A stretch of 64,000 nt of DNA. Origin: Pelotomaculum sp. Lineage in GTDB: Bacteria; Bacillota; Desulfotomaculia; Desulfotomaculales; Pelotomaculaceae. The stretch's first letter is position 1; each line of letters opens with the position of its first letter. Under the pieces are notes generated by a model. The model worked only from the letters and a program-made list of their open reading frames with translations, made no database searches and was not told the DNA's origin. A program made the position numbers and the translations under genes. Shown here piece after piece: positions 17,991 to 27,253 of this stretch. Where the stretch lies: the NCBI GenBank assembly GCA_030627625.1, contig DAOURR010000003.1, positions 28,669 to 92,668 of the forward strand, read 5' to 3'.

Positions 17991-18770
17991 ATGATCGCAG
18001 CCGTTTTGCCTGTTCAAAATGAACAAAAAAAGATAAAAAAAACGGTTCAAACACTAATGACCGTTTCTGCCGGACTGATCATACCAGTTGTCAACGGATG
18101 TACTGATAAGTCCGGTGAGATCATCGGGAATTATCAGTCGGATAAAATTTTCCCTCTTTTTTTTAAGGAAACCCTTGGATTTGACGTTCCCAGGGCAATT
18201 GGGGCAAAGTGCGCGCTTGAAAAAGGGGCTGCCGCAGTCCTGTTTGTAGACGGGGATATGGACGGGGATATTGCCGCAAATTTAGAAGAGCTGATTAATA
18301 AGGTTACTAAAGAAAATATCGACATGGCCCTTACCAACTGTTATCCAGATGGCTGCCAGGAGATTTCCAGCCTGGCCCAGCATGTCTTACAAGCACGATA
18401 TGAGTTAAACAGGGAAATTGGACTGAAACAAGCTATTGGAGTGGCAATACCCAGCCACGGCCCGCACGCGGTTTCCCTGCGCCTGCTGCAGTCTGTTCCC
18501 CTGCGCGAACTGGCGATTCCCCCGGTATCCTTGAGCCTGGCAGCTAAAAGCGGACTGGAAATACGCGTTGGCACCAACATAGCGCATCAGGCCCTGGGTT
18601 CTCCGGAAAAAGATTTTACCCATTCGGAGCTTATTGCAGAAACCATCATCGGAGACTGCATTGAAGCCCTCAGGGTATATCGGGGCGAAGAGCGGCGCCG
18701 CGAGAAAGGCTCGGTGGTGTACAAGGGTTACCACCCTCAAAGGCGCCTGGACCTGCTGGTCGGGTTATAA
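17991..18770 (+). CDS. GT-A-fold (glycosyltransferase family 2-like) protein, tentative
   Basis: AAVLPVQNEQKKIKKTV resembles the GT2 N-terminus, and VDGDMD is a DxD-like motif. It is the only plus-strand gene in this stretch. Confidence 0.45.
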   Translation: MIAAVLPVQNEQKKIKKTVQTLMTVSAGLIIPVVNGCTDKSGEIIGNYQSDKIFPLFFKETLGFDVPRAIGAKCALEKGAAAVLFVDGDMDGDIAANLEELINKVTKENIDMALTNCYPDGCQEISSLAQHVLQARYELNREIGLKQAIGVAIPSHGPHAVSLRLLQSVPLRELAIPPVSLSLAAKSGLEIRVGTNIAHQALGSPEKDFTHSELIAETIIGDCIEALRVYRGEERRREKGSVVYKGYHPQRRLDLLVGL

Positions 18771-18822
18771 ACTGTTGGCAAATAAAAAAAACACAACCCC
18801 GGTTCTCTCAAGCCGGGACTGT

Positions 18823-19299
18823 TTACTTGGTGTGCTTATCCGCAACGGTGGATGCGCCGAAGGCCTCGGGCTTGATTTTTGCTCTAAAACCGCTCCCTGT
18901 TACCATCCCAACCACCTCACGGATGATATCCTTTGACTCTCCATGAATGCCGATATCAATATGGATTTCCACGTTCAGGTCATCAAACCCGTAATCAGCA
19001 AAAAACTTGTGGACCATCCCGCCTACTTCCAGGCTGAGCGCCGTCTCGTAGAATATCTTCTGGCGAAGGCTTTTGATTTTGCGCTGGGTTTTCTTGTGAT
19101 AGTAATATCGCGCACCCTTTCCCAGGCGGTGTACGATAACAGCGGTTACAAAGCAGGTACTGCTTCTGACCATGGAATCGGAGCCAATAATAATTTTGTA
19201 GGAAGATGTGGAAAGACCCTTGATATATTTTATAACATCAAGCATCATGTCTTCAAAACGCATCTTGCCTTTTGAAGGGCTGATAAAGTACACTGCCAC
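18823..19299 (-). CDS. YkuK/DUF458 family RNase H-like protein
   Basis: IIIGSDSMVRSSTCFVTAVIVHRLGKGARYYY fits the DUF458 core. It occupies the position that rnmV holds in B. subtilis. Confidence 0.7.
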   Translation of the reverse strand: MAVYFISPSKGKMRFEDMMLDVIKYIKGLSTSSYKIIIGSDSMVRSSTCFVTAVIVHRLGKGARYYYHKKTQRKIKSLRQKIFYETALSLEVGGMVHKFFADYGFDDLNVEIHIDIGIHGESKDIIREVVGMVTGSGFRAKIKPEAFGASTVADKHTK

Positions 19300-19311
19300 A
19301 TCCTCTTTCTT

Positions 19312-20196
19312 TTAAATTATTTCTCTCAATAATGCCTCCGTTAGATCAGCAAACTCATTAATATTTAATGTTTCACCCCGGCGCCCGGGATCGATTTTCG
19401 CATGGTTGAGAGCCCTTAGACAGGAATCCCTGCTAAAACCAAGGCCTGACCCGGAAAGTGAATTCAGCAGAGTTTTACGGCGCTGGCCAAAAGACGCCCT
19501 CACTACCTGGAAAAATGTCCTTTCATCGCTTACATTTACGGCAGGCTCCGGTCTTATTTTCAGCTTTACTACAGCAGAATCAACACCAGGCTGAGGGTAA
19601 AAAACGGTTCTGGGAACGCGGAAAAGCATTTTGGGCCGCGTGAAATAATTAACCACCACGCTGAGTGCTCCGTATGCTTTGGTACCTGGTAATGCAGCCA
19701 GCCGGGAGGCAACTTCAGCCTGGACCATAATAACTATCATGGAGATGTTAAACCTGCCAACAAGCATATGCATCAAAAGGGGGCTGGTAATATAATAGGG
19801 CAGGTTTGCCAGCATCTTGTAACTTCTCCCGCCTTGCCCAAAAACGCCTCCTGTCTTATCTGCAACCATTTCATCAAAATTAATATCCAGCGCATCACCC
19901 TGGATTAATTCGACATTCCCGGCGTGTTCCAGCATCCCGGCAAGGATACTCAGCAATCCTCTGTCCACCTCAACTGCCAGCACATTACCAGCACTAACAG
20001 AAGCCTGTGTAGTCAAGGCTCCCAAACCAGGACCTATTTCAACGACCAGATCGGACTTGTTTAATTCGGCTGCCCCTATAATTTTACGAACAATGTTCGG
20101 GTCTACTAAAAAATTTTGCCCGAGACTTTTACGGCAGGCCAGCCCATGATGCTTTAGCAAGGCCCGCACGGCAGTTGGAGAAGCAGTTTCGATCAA
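19312..20196 (-). CDS. rsmA: 16S rRNA (adenine1518/1519-N6)-dimethyltransferase
   Basis: LGQNFLVD, the SAM motif VVEIGPGLGALT, and NLPYYITSP. Confidence 0.95.
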   Translation of the reverse strand: MIETASPTAVRALLKHHGLACRKSLGQNFLVDPNIVRKIIGAAELNKSDLVVEIGPGLGALTTQASVSAGNVLAVEVDRGLLSILAGMLEHAGNVELIQGDALDINFDEMVADKTGGVFGQGGRSYKMLANLPYYITSPLLMHMLVGRFNISMIVIMVQAEVASRLAALPGTKAYGALSVVVNYFTRPKMLFRVPRTVFYPQPGVDSAVVKLKIRPEPAVNVSDERTFFQVVRASFGQRRKTLLNSLSGSGLGFSRDSCLRALNHAKIDPGRRGETLNINEFADLTEALLREII

Positions 20197-20310
20197 ACTT
20201 CCTCCCCCCGTGTAATTTAAATTTCAAAAAAAATTCGACAGGCTTAAACAGTCTTATTCTTATTATACCCATTTCAGCCAAAACGAAAAGAGGGCCTTTC
20301 GGCCCTCCTG

Positions 20311-21333
20311 TCAATTTAATATGTAAACCTTTGTTTTTCTGACCCCCCAGCTCATGGCCTGGTTGTACGTTTCAAAAAAGAGGTCAATCCTGTTTCCTTT
20401 GATGCTGCCCCCCCGGTCGAGCGCAGTGGCATAACCGTAACCTTCCACATACATTCGTGTCCCCATGGGGATCTGCGTTGTGTCAACCGCTACAACCCCA
20501 TAATAGGGAGCGACCCCTGATGCTGTATTGTAGCCCGTATATGTGTATGCAGAAGCAATCATATCCAATTCCTGCGAATACCTGATATTTTCGCCGCCCC
20601 GGGAAACCACCAACCCGCTGCCGACCATAACTACTTTTTCTGTTGGAGAGGATATCTTCTCTGAGGATAATAGCTGGCGGTCTACCTCGCTTCCATCCCG
20701 GTAAGTTACCTGCCAGTGCTTTCGCTCGGCGCCATCCCGGCCTTCCTGGGCAACCCGGGTGGTACCCTGCGGAATGCTGATAGTATACTTGTTTATTGTT
20801 TCAAATGGAACTGCTTCCTCAATAATTACATTTTCCTGGCGTACTCTCGCAACAGTGATCTTCATATCCTGAGCCAGGCTGGTTTCTTTGTCTGGCTTAA
20901 CTTCGTCCAGCGGGCCAAGATTAATATTGTATTCGCCCAGGACATCATTGACGGTGCGACCTCTGGTCCTAACCGCGAGTACGCTTCCATCGGCTGTAAT
21001 GCTTATGTCAAGCGCCCGGTTAACTCTGACTACCATCCCGTTGCTCAATGGCGTGCCCACCGGCGGGTTTATCTCGTCTTGATCCTGCAGGGCGATGCCC
21101 TGCTCTAACACAGCATCTTCAACCGTGCCGGCAAAAGTCTGGATAGTCGTTTCTGCCCCGTCAACAACCAGCGTAATAGATTTGTTGGTATGGACATAGC
21201 CTCCCATAAGCAGAACAGCCATGACAGACGCAGCTGCCGCTGATTGGACCAAGAAGCCCCGCTTTCGGGGCGCCGGTAGATATTGACGGATTTTATTCAA
21301 CAAGGATCCAAATAACTTTTTCCAACTCATCAT
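20311..21333 (-). CDS. yabE: YabE-like cell-wall protein (DUF348 repeats, G5 domain, C-terminal 3D domain)
   Basis: N-terminal TM helix, G5-like segment (..TISIPQGTTRVAQEGRDGERK..), and a 3D domain (ASAYTYTG..TASG....GVVAVD...IPMGTRMYVEGYG.A.ALDRGG.IKGNRIDLF). Located between tatD and rsmA, as in Bacillus. Confidence 0.85.
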   Translation of the reverse strand: MMSWKKLFGSLLNKIRQYLPAPRKRGFLVQSAAAASVMAVLLMGGYVHTNKSITLVVDGAETTIQTFAGTVEDAVLEQGIALQDQDEINPPVGTPLSNGMVVRVNRALDISITADGSVLAVRTRGRTVNDVLGEYNINLGPLDEVKPDKETSLAQDMKITVARVRQENVIIEEAVPFETINKYTISIPQGTTRVAQEGRDGAERKHWQVTYRDGSEVDRQLLSSEKISSPTEKVVMVGSGLVVSRGGENIRYSQELDMIASAYTYTGYNTASGVAPYYGVVAVDTTQIPMGTRMYVEGYGYATALDRGGSIKGNRIDLFFETYNQAMSWGVRKTKVYILN

Positions 21334-21619
21334 ATGCCTCCTTAAACAGGTACGGCACTAATTATAATCCTTTTTCACCACCACATCTTTAATGTTTAGC
21401 AAACTCATGAAACGCAATATTACCTGACATTTTTTTTGGATACCGTACCGTTTATTTCCTAGCACATTACATTCTACAATAAGTTGCTGGTTAAGGGTAG
21501 GCTTTATTTTGTCGTTTCAAATCGATCGGACAAACCAACTCCGGCTACAAATACTCAAAGCCCTTGTTACACAAAAGGTTGGGTATTTTATGAATTTAAT
21601 TAATTTTTTTGATTTTACT

Positions 21620-21659
21620 CTAAAAAACACAGAAACGGCCGTCACCAGATCCGTTTCTG
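21620..21659 (-). terminator. Intrinsic terminator after the UPF0158-like gene
   Basis: CAGAAACGG (21630-21638) pairs with CCGTTTCTG (21651-21659). The minus strand is followed by UGUUUUUU. Confidence 0.75.
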
Positions 21660-21683
21660 CTGTTGATATTTCATATTGATTGT

Positions 21684-22088
21684 CTAGGTGGTCTTTTCCA
21701 GCAGTTCTATTTCTCTCTCCTTAAACCACTCTTTCAGGTACTGAGCCAGCCTGCTGTTTTGAAACGTGTACCAGTTATGGCGTTCATCTTCGTATTCCAT
21801 TAATACTTTTTTAAACTTGGCGTCTGTATCAAGCTCCTTTAACAGGCGGTTTTTTAAATCGGGGTCTTCGATAGTCGAGGCGTAGTCCTGCTTGATTTTA
21901 CAAGAAAGTTCTTCGCTTAATTTTGGCAGCCTTACAAACCTGTTAGTCTGTCTTTCAAGCTTCGTGATCATCTCTGTATGTTCCGGAAAATCCAGGGGCG
22001 AAAAAAATCTCACGTCACCGTTCTGCAGATCCAGGTAATATTCGGAGTGCTGGCTGCTGTTCTCAAAAGCATTAGTAATCCAGGCCAT
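21684..22088 (-). CDS. Hypothetical protein, possibly UPF0158 family
   Basis: MAWITNAFENSSQHSEYYLDLQNGDV... The family call rests on weak recollection of the pattern. Confidence 0.5.
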   Translation of the reverse strand: MAWITNAFENSSQHSEYYLDLQNGDVRFFSPLDFPEHTEMITKLERQTNRFVRLPKLSEELSCKIKQDYASTIEDPDLKNRLLKELDTDAKFKKVLMEYEDERHNWYTFQNSRLAQYLKEWFKEREIELLEKTT

Positions 22089-22172
22089 AATGACGGAAAC
22101 CTGTCGCATTCACCAAACCCTCCTATTCATAAATTCATCTTTCCCAACGGTAAGGTTATTCTCTAGCTTTTG

Positions 22173-22757
22173 TTAATATTCGATCCCCTTCTGGGCGGGG
22201 ATTCCCTGAGTAAACGGGTGCTTTATCTCACGCATTTCAGTAACCAGATCGGCGCGCTCGATGATTTCCGGCGAAGCATTGCGCCCGGTCATAACAAGGT
22301 GGAGACTGCCTGGTTTTTTGTCTAGCAAGGCCAGCACGTCATCCAGCGCAACGAGGCCGTAATGAATGGCGTAAAGAATCTCGTCAAGGATAATCATATC
22401 GTATTTTTCTGAGGATATTTCCGCCCTCGCAGCATCCAGAGCTTCTAAAGCAGCGTGGCGGTGTTCATCAAGAGACTGATCGTCTTTCCCTTTGATAAAT
22501 CCGCCGCCCATCTGGCGCATTTCAAAGTTTGCGCCCAATTTTTCAGCTGCCTTTAATTCGCCGTATTTCCAGCCTCCTTTGATAAACTGGATGACAAGAA
22601 TCTTCATACCCTGTCCCCAGGCGCGAAGAGCCATTCCCAGCGCAGCGGTGGTTTTACCCTTGCCGTTGCCGGTATTAACCAAAATCAATCCCTTTTTTTT
22701 CTGCTCGTCCAAAACATAACCTCCCTTACGATTCAACCTCCATTTGGGCAGTTGCAT
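22173..22757 (-). CDS. cobO: Cob(I)yrinic acid a,c-diamide adenosyltransferase (CobO/BtuR type)
   Basis: NTGNGKGKTTAALGMALRA.G.G..V.V.QF.KG; ILDE..YA. The likely true start is TTG at 22712 (6 nt after GGAGG), not the ATG at 22757. Confidence 0.85.
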   Translation of the reverse strand: MQLPKWRLNRKGGYVLDEQKKKGLILVNTGNGKGKTTAALGMALRAWGQGMKILVIQFIKGGWKYGELKAAEKLGANFEMRQMGGGFIKGKDDQSLDEHRHAALEALDAARAEISSEKYDMIILDEILYAIHYGLVALDDVLALLDKKPGSLHLVMTGRNASPEIIERADLVTEMREIKHPFTQGIPAQKGIEY

Positions 22758-22793
22758 AATCCTTTACTGGTCAATTTCTTAACAATTATATAT

Positions 22794-23564
22794 TCAAGCA
22801 ATTCTGAATAATCTCCTGCCGTTTTCTGTACATATCCTGGCTAATTCTTCGGTCTTTATCCCCCTGAGCCGCGCGATCTCTTCGGCAGTGAACAATACAT
22901 ACGCCGGCTCGTTTCGCTTACCCCTGTGCGGCAGCGGTGTGAGGTACGGCGCATCCGTTTCAATCAAAAGACGGTCAGGATCAATGCGGGCGGCAATATC
23001 TTTCAGCTTGGGAGCTTTAGGGAAGGTAACGGGCCCGGCGATAGAAATATAAAAACCCATTTCAATGCATTCGACGGCCATTTCCCAACTGCCGGAATAG
23101 CAGTGCATTACCCCGCCGGAAGGCCCCAGGCCCTCCCTGCGCAAGATTCCCATAATGTCGCCATGTGCATCACGATCGTGTATGATCACAGGTTTATTTA
23201 ACTTTTTGGCCAGGGCCAGCTGCTCCTGAAACACCCTGCGCTGAACTAGCCTCGGGGACAAGTTCCGGTAATAGTCCAGGCCCATCTCGCCGACCGCTAC
23301 TACCTTGGGATGGGCCGCAAGCCTTTCCATCTCATATAGATACCTGGGACCAGCTTTTGCAGCGTCATGAGGGTGAATCCCCACAGCGGCGTAGATCAGG
23401 TCATACTCATCCGCCAGCTCTATGGCGCGCTGGGATGATTCTAAATTATAGCCTGCATTCAGGATATGGGCCACCCCGGCAAGCCGGGCCCTGCGGATCA
23501 TATCGTCCCGGTCGGCCTCGTAGACATCGTCATCCAGATGGGCATGCGTATCAAAAAGGATCAT
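22794..23564 (-). CDS. tatD: TatD-family metal-dependent hydrolase (YabD)
   Basis: MILFDTHAHLDD...GEMGLDY...HDRDAH...ETDAPYL. ATG at 23564 follows AAGGAG. Confidence 0.93.
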   Translation of the reverse strand: MILFDTHAHLDDDVYEADRDDMIRRARLAGVAHILNAGYNLESSQRAIELADEYDLIYAAVGIHPHDAAKAGPRYLYEMERLAAHPKVVAVGEMGLDYYRNLSPRLVQRRVFQEQLALAKKLNKPVIIHDRDAHGDIMGILRREGLGPSGGVMHCYSGSWEMAVECIEMGFYISIAGPVTFPKAPKLKDIAARIDPDRLLIETDAPYLTPLPHRGKRNEPAYVLFTAEEIARLRGIKTEELARICTENGRRLFRIA

Positions 23565-23583
23565 GGATGTCTCCTTTTCCATT

Positions 23584-25131
23584 TTATTTATTGGTACCTG
23601 TATCGATCCTGGGGAACAGCCCCTCCCCGCGCTTTACAACCGTGCCCGGGGGCAGTTTGCCCCAGCTCAAAGACTCCCATATTTGAAGCTCGTGACGGTC
23701 CGGAATGCCAAGCTGAGTCCAGACCCTAGCCGGCAGTAAGGGCATAAAAGGCGAAGATAAAATAGTTATAAACCGCAGGCTCTCCGACAGGTTGTACATG
23801 ACGGTGGACAGACGATCCCTCCTGGCAGGGTCCTTGGCTAACGTCCAGGGAGCAGACTCGTCCACATACTTGTTAGCCCGGCCCACCAGCCGCCAGATAG
23901 CAGCCAATGCGCTGGACAGATCCAACCTGTCCATACACTCCTCCACTGCCAGCGGGGTTTGTTCAGCCAGGTCGATAAGCTCCTGGTCGGGCCCTTCCGG
24001 CGCGGCTGCAGGTTGAACTATACCACCAAAATATTTTTCCACCATGGCAATGGAACGGCTGACCAGGTTTCCCAGGTCGTTGGCCAAATCTTTGTTGATC
24101 CGCTCCACCAGGGCGTCTTCGCTATAGTAACTGTCAGAACCAAAAGGCAATTCTCTGAGTAAGTAATACCTGATCGCGTCTACCCCGTACTTGTCGACCA
24201 GGACATGGGGGTCAACAACATTTCCCTTGGACTTGGACATCTTTCCGCTTTCGAGCATTAGCCAGCCATGGGCCACTACCTGCCTCGGCAGCTCAAGCCC
24301 TGCAGCCATCAGCAGCGCCGGCCAGATGATACTGTGGAACCGAACGATATCTTTGGCCATCAGATGCACGTCAGCAGGCCAGTACTTCTTGTAGAGGCTG
24401 TCGTCCTCAGTGCCGTAGCCCAGGGCGGATATGTAGTTGGTAAGGGCGTCAATCCAGACGTAAATGACATGTTTATGGTCAAAAGGAACTGGAATCCCCC
24501 AGTTGAAAGTAGTTCTGGAAACACAAAGGTCCTCGAGCCCGCTTTTTATGAAACTTACCATCTCATTGCGCCGGGAAGGCGGCTGAATGAATTCGGGATG
24601 TGCTTCAATGTGTTCGAGCAGCCTGCCGGCGTATTTTGACATCCGGAAAAAATAGCTTTCCTCCTGCAGCATTTCCACCGGCCTTCCGCAGTCAGGGCAA
24701 GCGCCCTGGTCAAGTTTGCTTTCAACCCAGAAGGCCTCGCAGGGCGAGCAGTACCAGCCCTCGTAGCTGGCTTTATAGATATCCCCCTGGTCATAAAGCT
24801 TCTGGAAGAGCGTTACGACCACCTTTTTGTGTCTCGGCTCGGTTGTACGGATAAAATCGTCATACTCAACTTCAAGACGCCCCCACAAAAGCTTGAAACC
24901 TGCCACAATTCTATCAACATGCTGACCAGGAGTCATCCCCTTTGATTTTGCCGCTCTCTCAATCTTCTGGCCGTGCTCATCCGAGCCGGTCAAGAACCGG
25001 GTGTCATAGCCCGTCATTTTTTTAAAGCGTGCAATCGCATCGGCTGCCACAGTCGTGTATGCGTGCCCGATGTGCAGGTTGTCGCTAGGGTAATAAATGG
25101 GAGTTGTAATATAAAACTTCCCCTTATGCAT
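23584..25131 (-). CDS. metG: Methionine--tRNA ligase (short form, no C-terminal tRNA-binding domain)
   Basis: HIGH motif (NLHIGHAYT), KMSKS motif, and a CxxC...CxxC knuckle. Confidence 0.97.
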   Translation of the reverse strand: MHKGKFYITTPIYYPSDNLHIGHAYTTVAADAIARFKKMTGYDTRFLTGSDEHGQKIERAAKSKGMTPGQHVDRIVAGFKLLWGRLEVEYDDFIRTTEPRHKKVVVTLFQKLYDQGDIYKASYEGWYCSPCEAFWVESKLDQGACPDCGRPVEMLQEESYFFRMSKYAGRLLEHIEAHPEFIQPPSRRNEMVSFIKSGLEDLCVSRTTFNWGIPVPFDHKHVIYVWIDALTNYISALGYGTEDDSLYKKYWPADVHLMAKDIVRFHSIIWPALLMAAGLELPRQVVAHGWLMLESGKMSKSKGNVVDPHVLVDKYGVDAIRYYLLRELPFGSDSYYSEDALVERINKDLANDLGNLVSRSIAMVEKYFGGIVQPAAAPEGPDQELIDLAEQTPLAVEECMDRLDLSSALAAIWRLVGRANKYVDESAPWTLAKDPARRDRLSTVMYNLSESLRFITILSSPFMPLLPARVWTQLGIPDRHELQIWESLSWGKLPPGTVVKRGEGLFPRIDTGTNK

Positions 25132-25163
25132 CTTGGTTCTACCTACCTTCCTATCGTTGAATC

Positions 25164-25420
25164 AAAAAAAATTAAACCTCACCCCTATCTTTTGTGAGGG
25201 GCGAAGTTTTTAAACTCTCGCGGTACCACCCTTATTTGCCTGCTCCTCGCGAAGCCTGGCCTCTACGGTACAGGGAAGCGCTCCCGATACTGCGGCATGG
25301 TAACGGCGCCCAACCCGGCACGGCTTACGATAAATTTCAGCCGCTCAGCTCCAGAGCCATGTTCGGCCAGCTTTCCCCGGCGGGCTTGCACCTTCCCCCG
25401 CTCTCTGTACGGGTATTATT
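25164..25420 (-). promoter_or_regulatory. T-box leader (Met specifier) with terminator/antiterminator, upstream of metG
   Basis: Minus strand has the AGAGA GA-motif at the stem I base and a specifier loop GAAC-AUG-G (AUG at 25360-25358). The T-box core is AAGGGUGGUACCGCG (25231-25219). The terminator is CCUCAC/GUGAGG followed by UUUAAUUUUUUUU (25164-25202). Confidence 0.85.
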
Positions 25421-25473
25421 TGGCTTACTCTTCTCCTTCATTGCTGTTATCTTGATAGCATAATAACATATAG

Positions 25474-25503
25474 ATTTTAAAATGATTGCTGGCAACTTGT
25501 CAA
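25474..25503 (-). promoter_or_regulatory. Candidate sigma-A promoter for the metG T-box leader
   Basis: Minus strand: TTGACA (25503-25498), 18 nt, TAAAAT (25479-25474). The -35 lies inside the palindrome AACTTGTCAAGTT. Confidence 0.45.
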
Positions 25504-25552
25504 GTTTTCACCAAATCATGCAAAAATATTGTATAATTTTACAAAAAGCATC

Positions 25553-25581
25553 TTGACTTTTAATGGAATCATTGGTACCAT
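25553..25581 (+). promoter_or_regulatory. Candidate sigma-A promoter of abrB
   Basis: TTGACT (25553-25558), 17 nt, TACCAT (25576-25581). Confidence 0.55.
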
Positions 25582-25606
25582 TTACTTGTAAAAAAAATCA
25601 ACTATT

Positions 25607-25623
25607 TGTCGAAAAATGTCGGA
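25607..25623 (+). promoter_or_regulatory. Tandem Spo0A-box-like sites downstream of the abrB promoter
   Basis: TGTCGAA (25607-25613) and TGTCGGA (25617-25623) start 10 nt apart. This matches the TGNCGAA consensus and the tandem arrangement known for B. subtilis abrB. Confidence 0.55.
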
Positions 25624-25639
25624 TAAGGAGGGACAGAAT

Positions 25640-25894
25640 TTGAAATCAACTGGTATTGTCAGAAAGGTGGACGAGCTTGGCAGGGTAGTTATCCCGATCG
25701 AGCTGCGGCGGACTTTAGGCATTGACGAAAAGGACGCCCTGGAAATCTACGTTGACGCGGAAAAAATTATTCTGAAAAAATACGAGCCCGCCTGCGTCTT
25801 CTGCGGAAATGCCTCGGACGTACAGCACTACAAAAACAAATTGGTCTGCCGCGAGTGCTCTACGGCCATGTTTGAGAACACTAAAATTAGCTAA
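25640..25894 (+). CDS. abrB: Transition-state regulator AbrB (SpoVT/AbrB swapped-hairpin N-domain, Cys-rich C-terminus)
   Basis: (L)KSTGIVRKVDELGRVVIPIELRRTLGI.EKDALEIYVD.EKIILKKY is almost identical to B. subtilis AbrB residues 1-48. TTG start follows AAGGAGGG. It is divergent from metG, as in Bacillus. Confidence 0.92.
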   Translation: MKSTGIVRKVDELGRVVIPIELRRTLGIDEKDALEIYVDAEKIILKKYEPACVFCGNASDVQHYKNKLVCRECSTAMFENTKIS

Positions 25895-25900
25895 CTGATT

Positions 25901-25940
25901 GAGAAGAGAGACTTAAAAAACTGTCTCTCTTCTTTATTGA
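25901..25940 (+). terminator. Intrinsic terminator after abrB
   Basis: GAGAAGAGAGAC (25901-25912) pairs with GTCTCTCTTCTT (25923-25934), then TATT. Confidence 0.7.
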
Positions 25941-25994
25941 AAAGTAAAATATGATGCAACTGCTTTGCTTTAACCGCACCTCAACCGGGGTGCA

Positions 25995-26855
25995 TTATTT
26001 ATTATCTACGACCGCCCGGTAGACTTCCCGCCTGGGAAGGCCGCGCACGCGCGCCACGTCACGAATGGCCTCCTTGCGGCCTATTCCTTCAGCTTCCAGC
26101 TTGGCTACATGGGCAGCCGGCTCCAGGTCGAGCCAGGTGTCTTCTTTGATTTGATCGCTCTGCTCACCTTGCGCTCCCGATACCACCAGGGTGACCTCCC
26201 CACGAGGTTCGTTTTCTTCAAAATGTTTGATCAGCCCTACCAAATCTCCCCTGATGATTTCCTCAAATTTTTTGGTCAATTCCCTTGCCACCGCCGCCTG
26301 CCTGTTGCCAAACACTTTAAGCAATACGTCCAGGAACGACTTCAGGCGGTGTGGGGCCTCGTAAAAAACAAGGGTCATGCGCAAACTGCTGACCTCAACC
26401 AGTTTCTCATGGCGAGCTTTTTTATTCAAAGGCAGGAAGCCTAAAAAAACGAAGGATTCCGTTGGAAGACCTGAAACTACCAGTGCTGTAACAGCCGCAC
26501 TGGGTCCGGGGACGGGAACTACTTCGCATCCATTTTCCAGTGCCATGGAAACCATTTCCGACCCGGGATCAGAAATCCCCGGCAGGCCTGCATCGGTCAC
26601 CAGGGCGACATTTTTTCCGGAGGATAGCAACTCCAGCAGGTAGTCGCCTTTTTTCCTGCGGTTGTGCTGGTGATAGCTGGTGAGAGGTGTGTGGAGGTCA
26701 TAATGACTTAGCAGCTTACGGGTGTGGCGAGTGTCTTCCGCAGCGATCAGATCAGCCTCCCGCATTACCCTCAAGGCACGCAGGGTGATATCTTCCAGGT
26801 TGCCTATAGGTGTCGCGCAGAGATAGAGCACCCCTTTCTTTTGTTCCCCGGTCAA
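25995..26855 (-). CDS. rsmI: 16S rRNA (cytidine1402-2'-O)-methyltransferase
   Basis: LYLCATPIGNLEDITLRAL..L...DLIAAEDTR....LL, a tetrapyrrole-methylase-fold RsmI. This is the YabC position. Confidence 0.93.
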   Translation of the reverse strand: MTGEQKKGVLYLCATPIGNLEDITLRALRVMREADLIAAEDTRHTRKLLSHYDLHTPLTSYHQHNRRKKGDYLLELLSSGKNVALVTDAGLPGISDPGSEMVSMALENGCEVVPVPGPSAAVTALVVSGLPTESFVFLGFLPLNKKARHEKLVEVSSLRMTLVFYEAPHRLKSFLDVLLKVFGNRQAAVARELTKKFEEIIRGDLVGLIKHFEENEPRGEVTLVVSGAQGEQSDQIKEDTWLDLEPAAHVAKLEAEGIGRKEAIRDVARVRGLPRREVYRAVVDNK

Positions 26856-26908
26856 ACCAGCCTCACCTCTTTAATTTGCTATCACCTCAAGCCAGGTTTA
26901 AATAAAGT

Positions 26909-27223
26909 TTACCCGGAAGCAGACTGATCAGCTGCAGGTTCCCGGCCCTTTCTCAAAAACGCCATGCAGTAAAGGCACTCCCCCGACCTCTTGTGCCCAA
27001 AGCTAAGGTTGCAGATGTGAAAATTTTGATCATAAAGTTCCAGCAGGTTAAAAAAGCTATATGACGAGACGCTTGTTTCCACACCGGTTGAATTACATGA
27101 AAAACCCTCACGATGAACGGCAGCCAACTCTCTCCTGAGCCGGCTGTTTTCATCCTCCATCTCCCTTACCTTGTTTTTTAATTCCTGCATTTCCGCAAGA
27201 AGCGCATGCAGCTTTGCTTCCAT
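26909..27223 (-). CDS. yabA: DNA replication initiation control protein YabA
   Basis: N-terminal coiled coil (LLAEMQELKNKVREMEDENSRLRREL) and a C-terminal Zn motif (FHICNLSFGHKRSGECLYCMAFL). Confidence 0.85.
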   Translation of the reverse strand: MEAKLHALLAEMQELKNKVREMEDENSRLRRELAAVHREGFSCNSTGVETSVSSYSFFNLLELYDQNFHICNLSFGHKRSGECLYCMAFLRKGREPAADQSASG

Positions 27224-27253
27224 ATTTCTTGCCAGTTTAAAATTTGACTGCAC

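Noticed and set aside
25194-25463. 89-aa plus-strand ORF
   Set aside because: It lies entirely within, and antisense to, the metG T-box leader.
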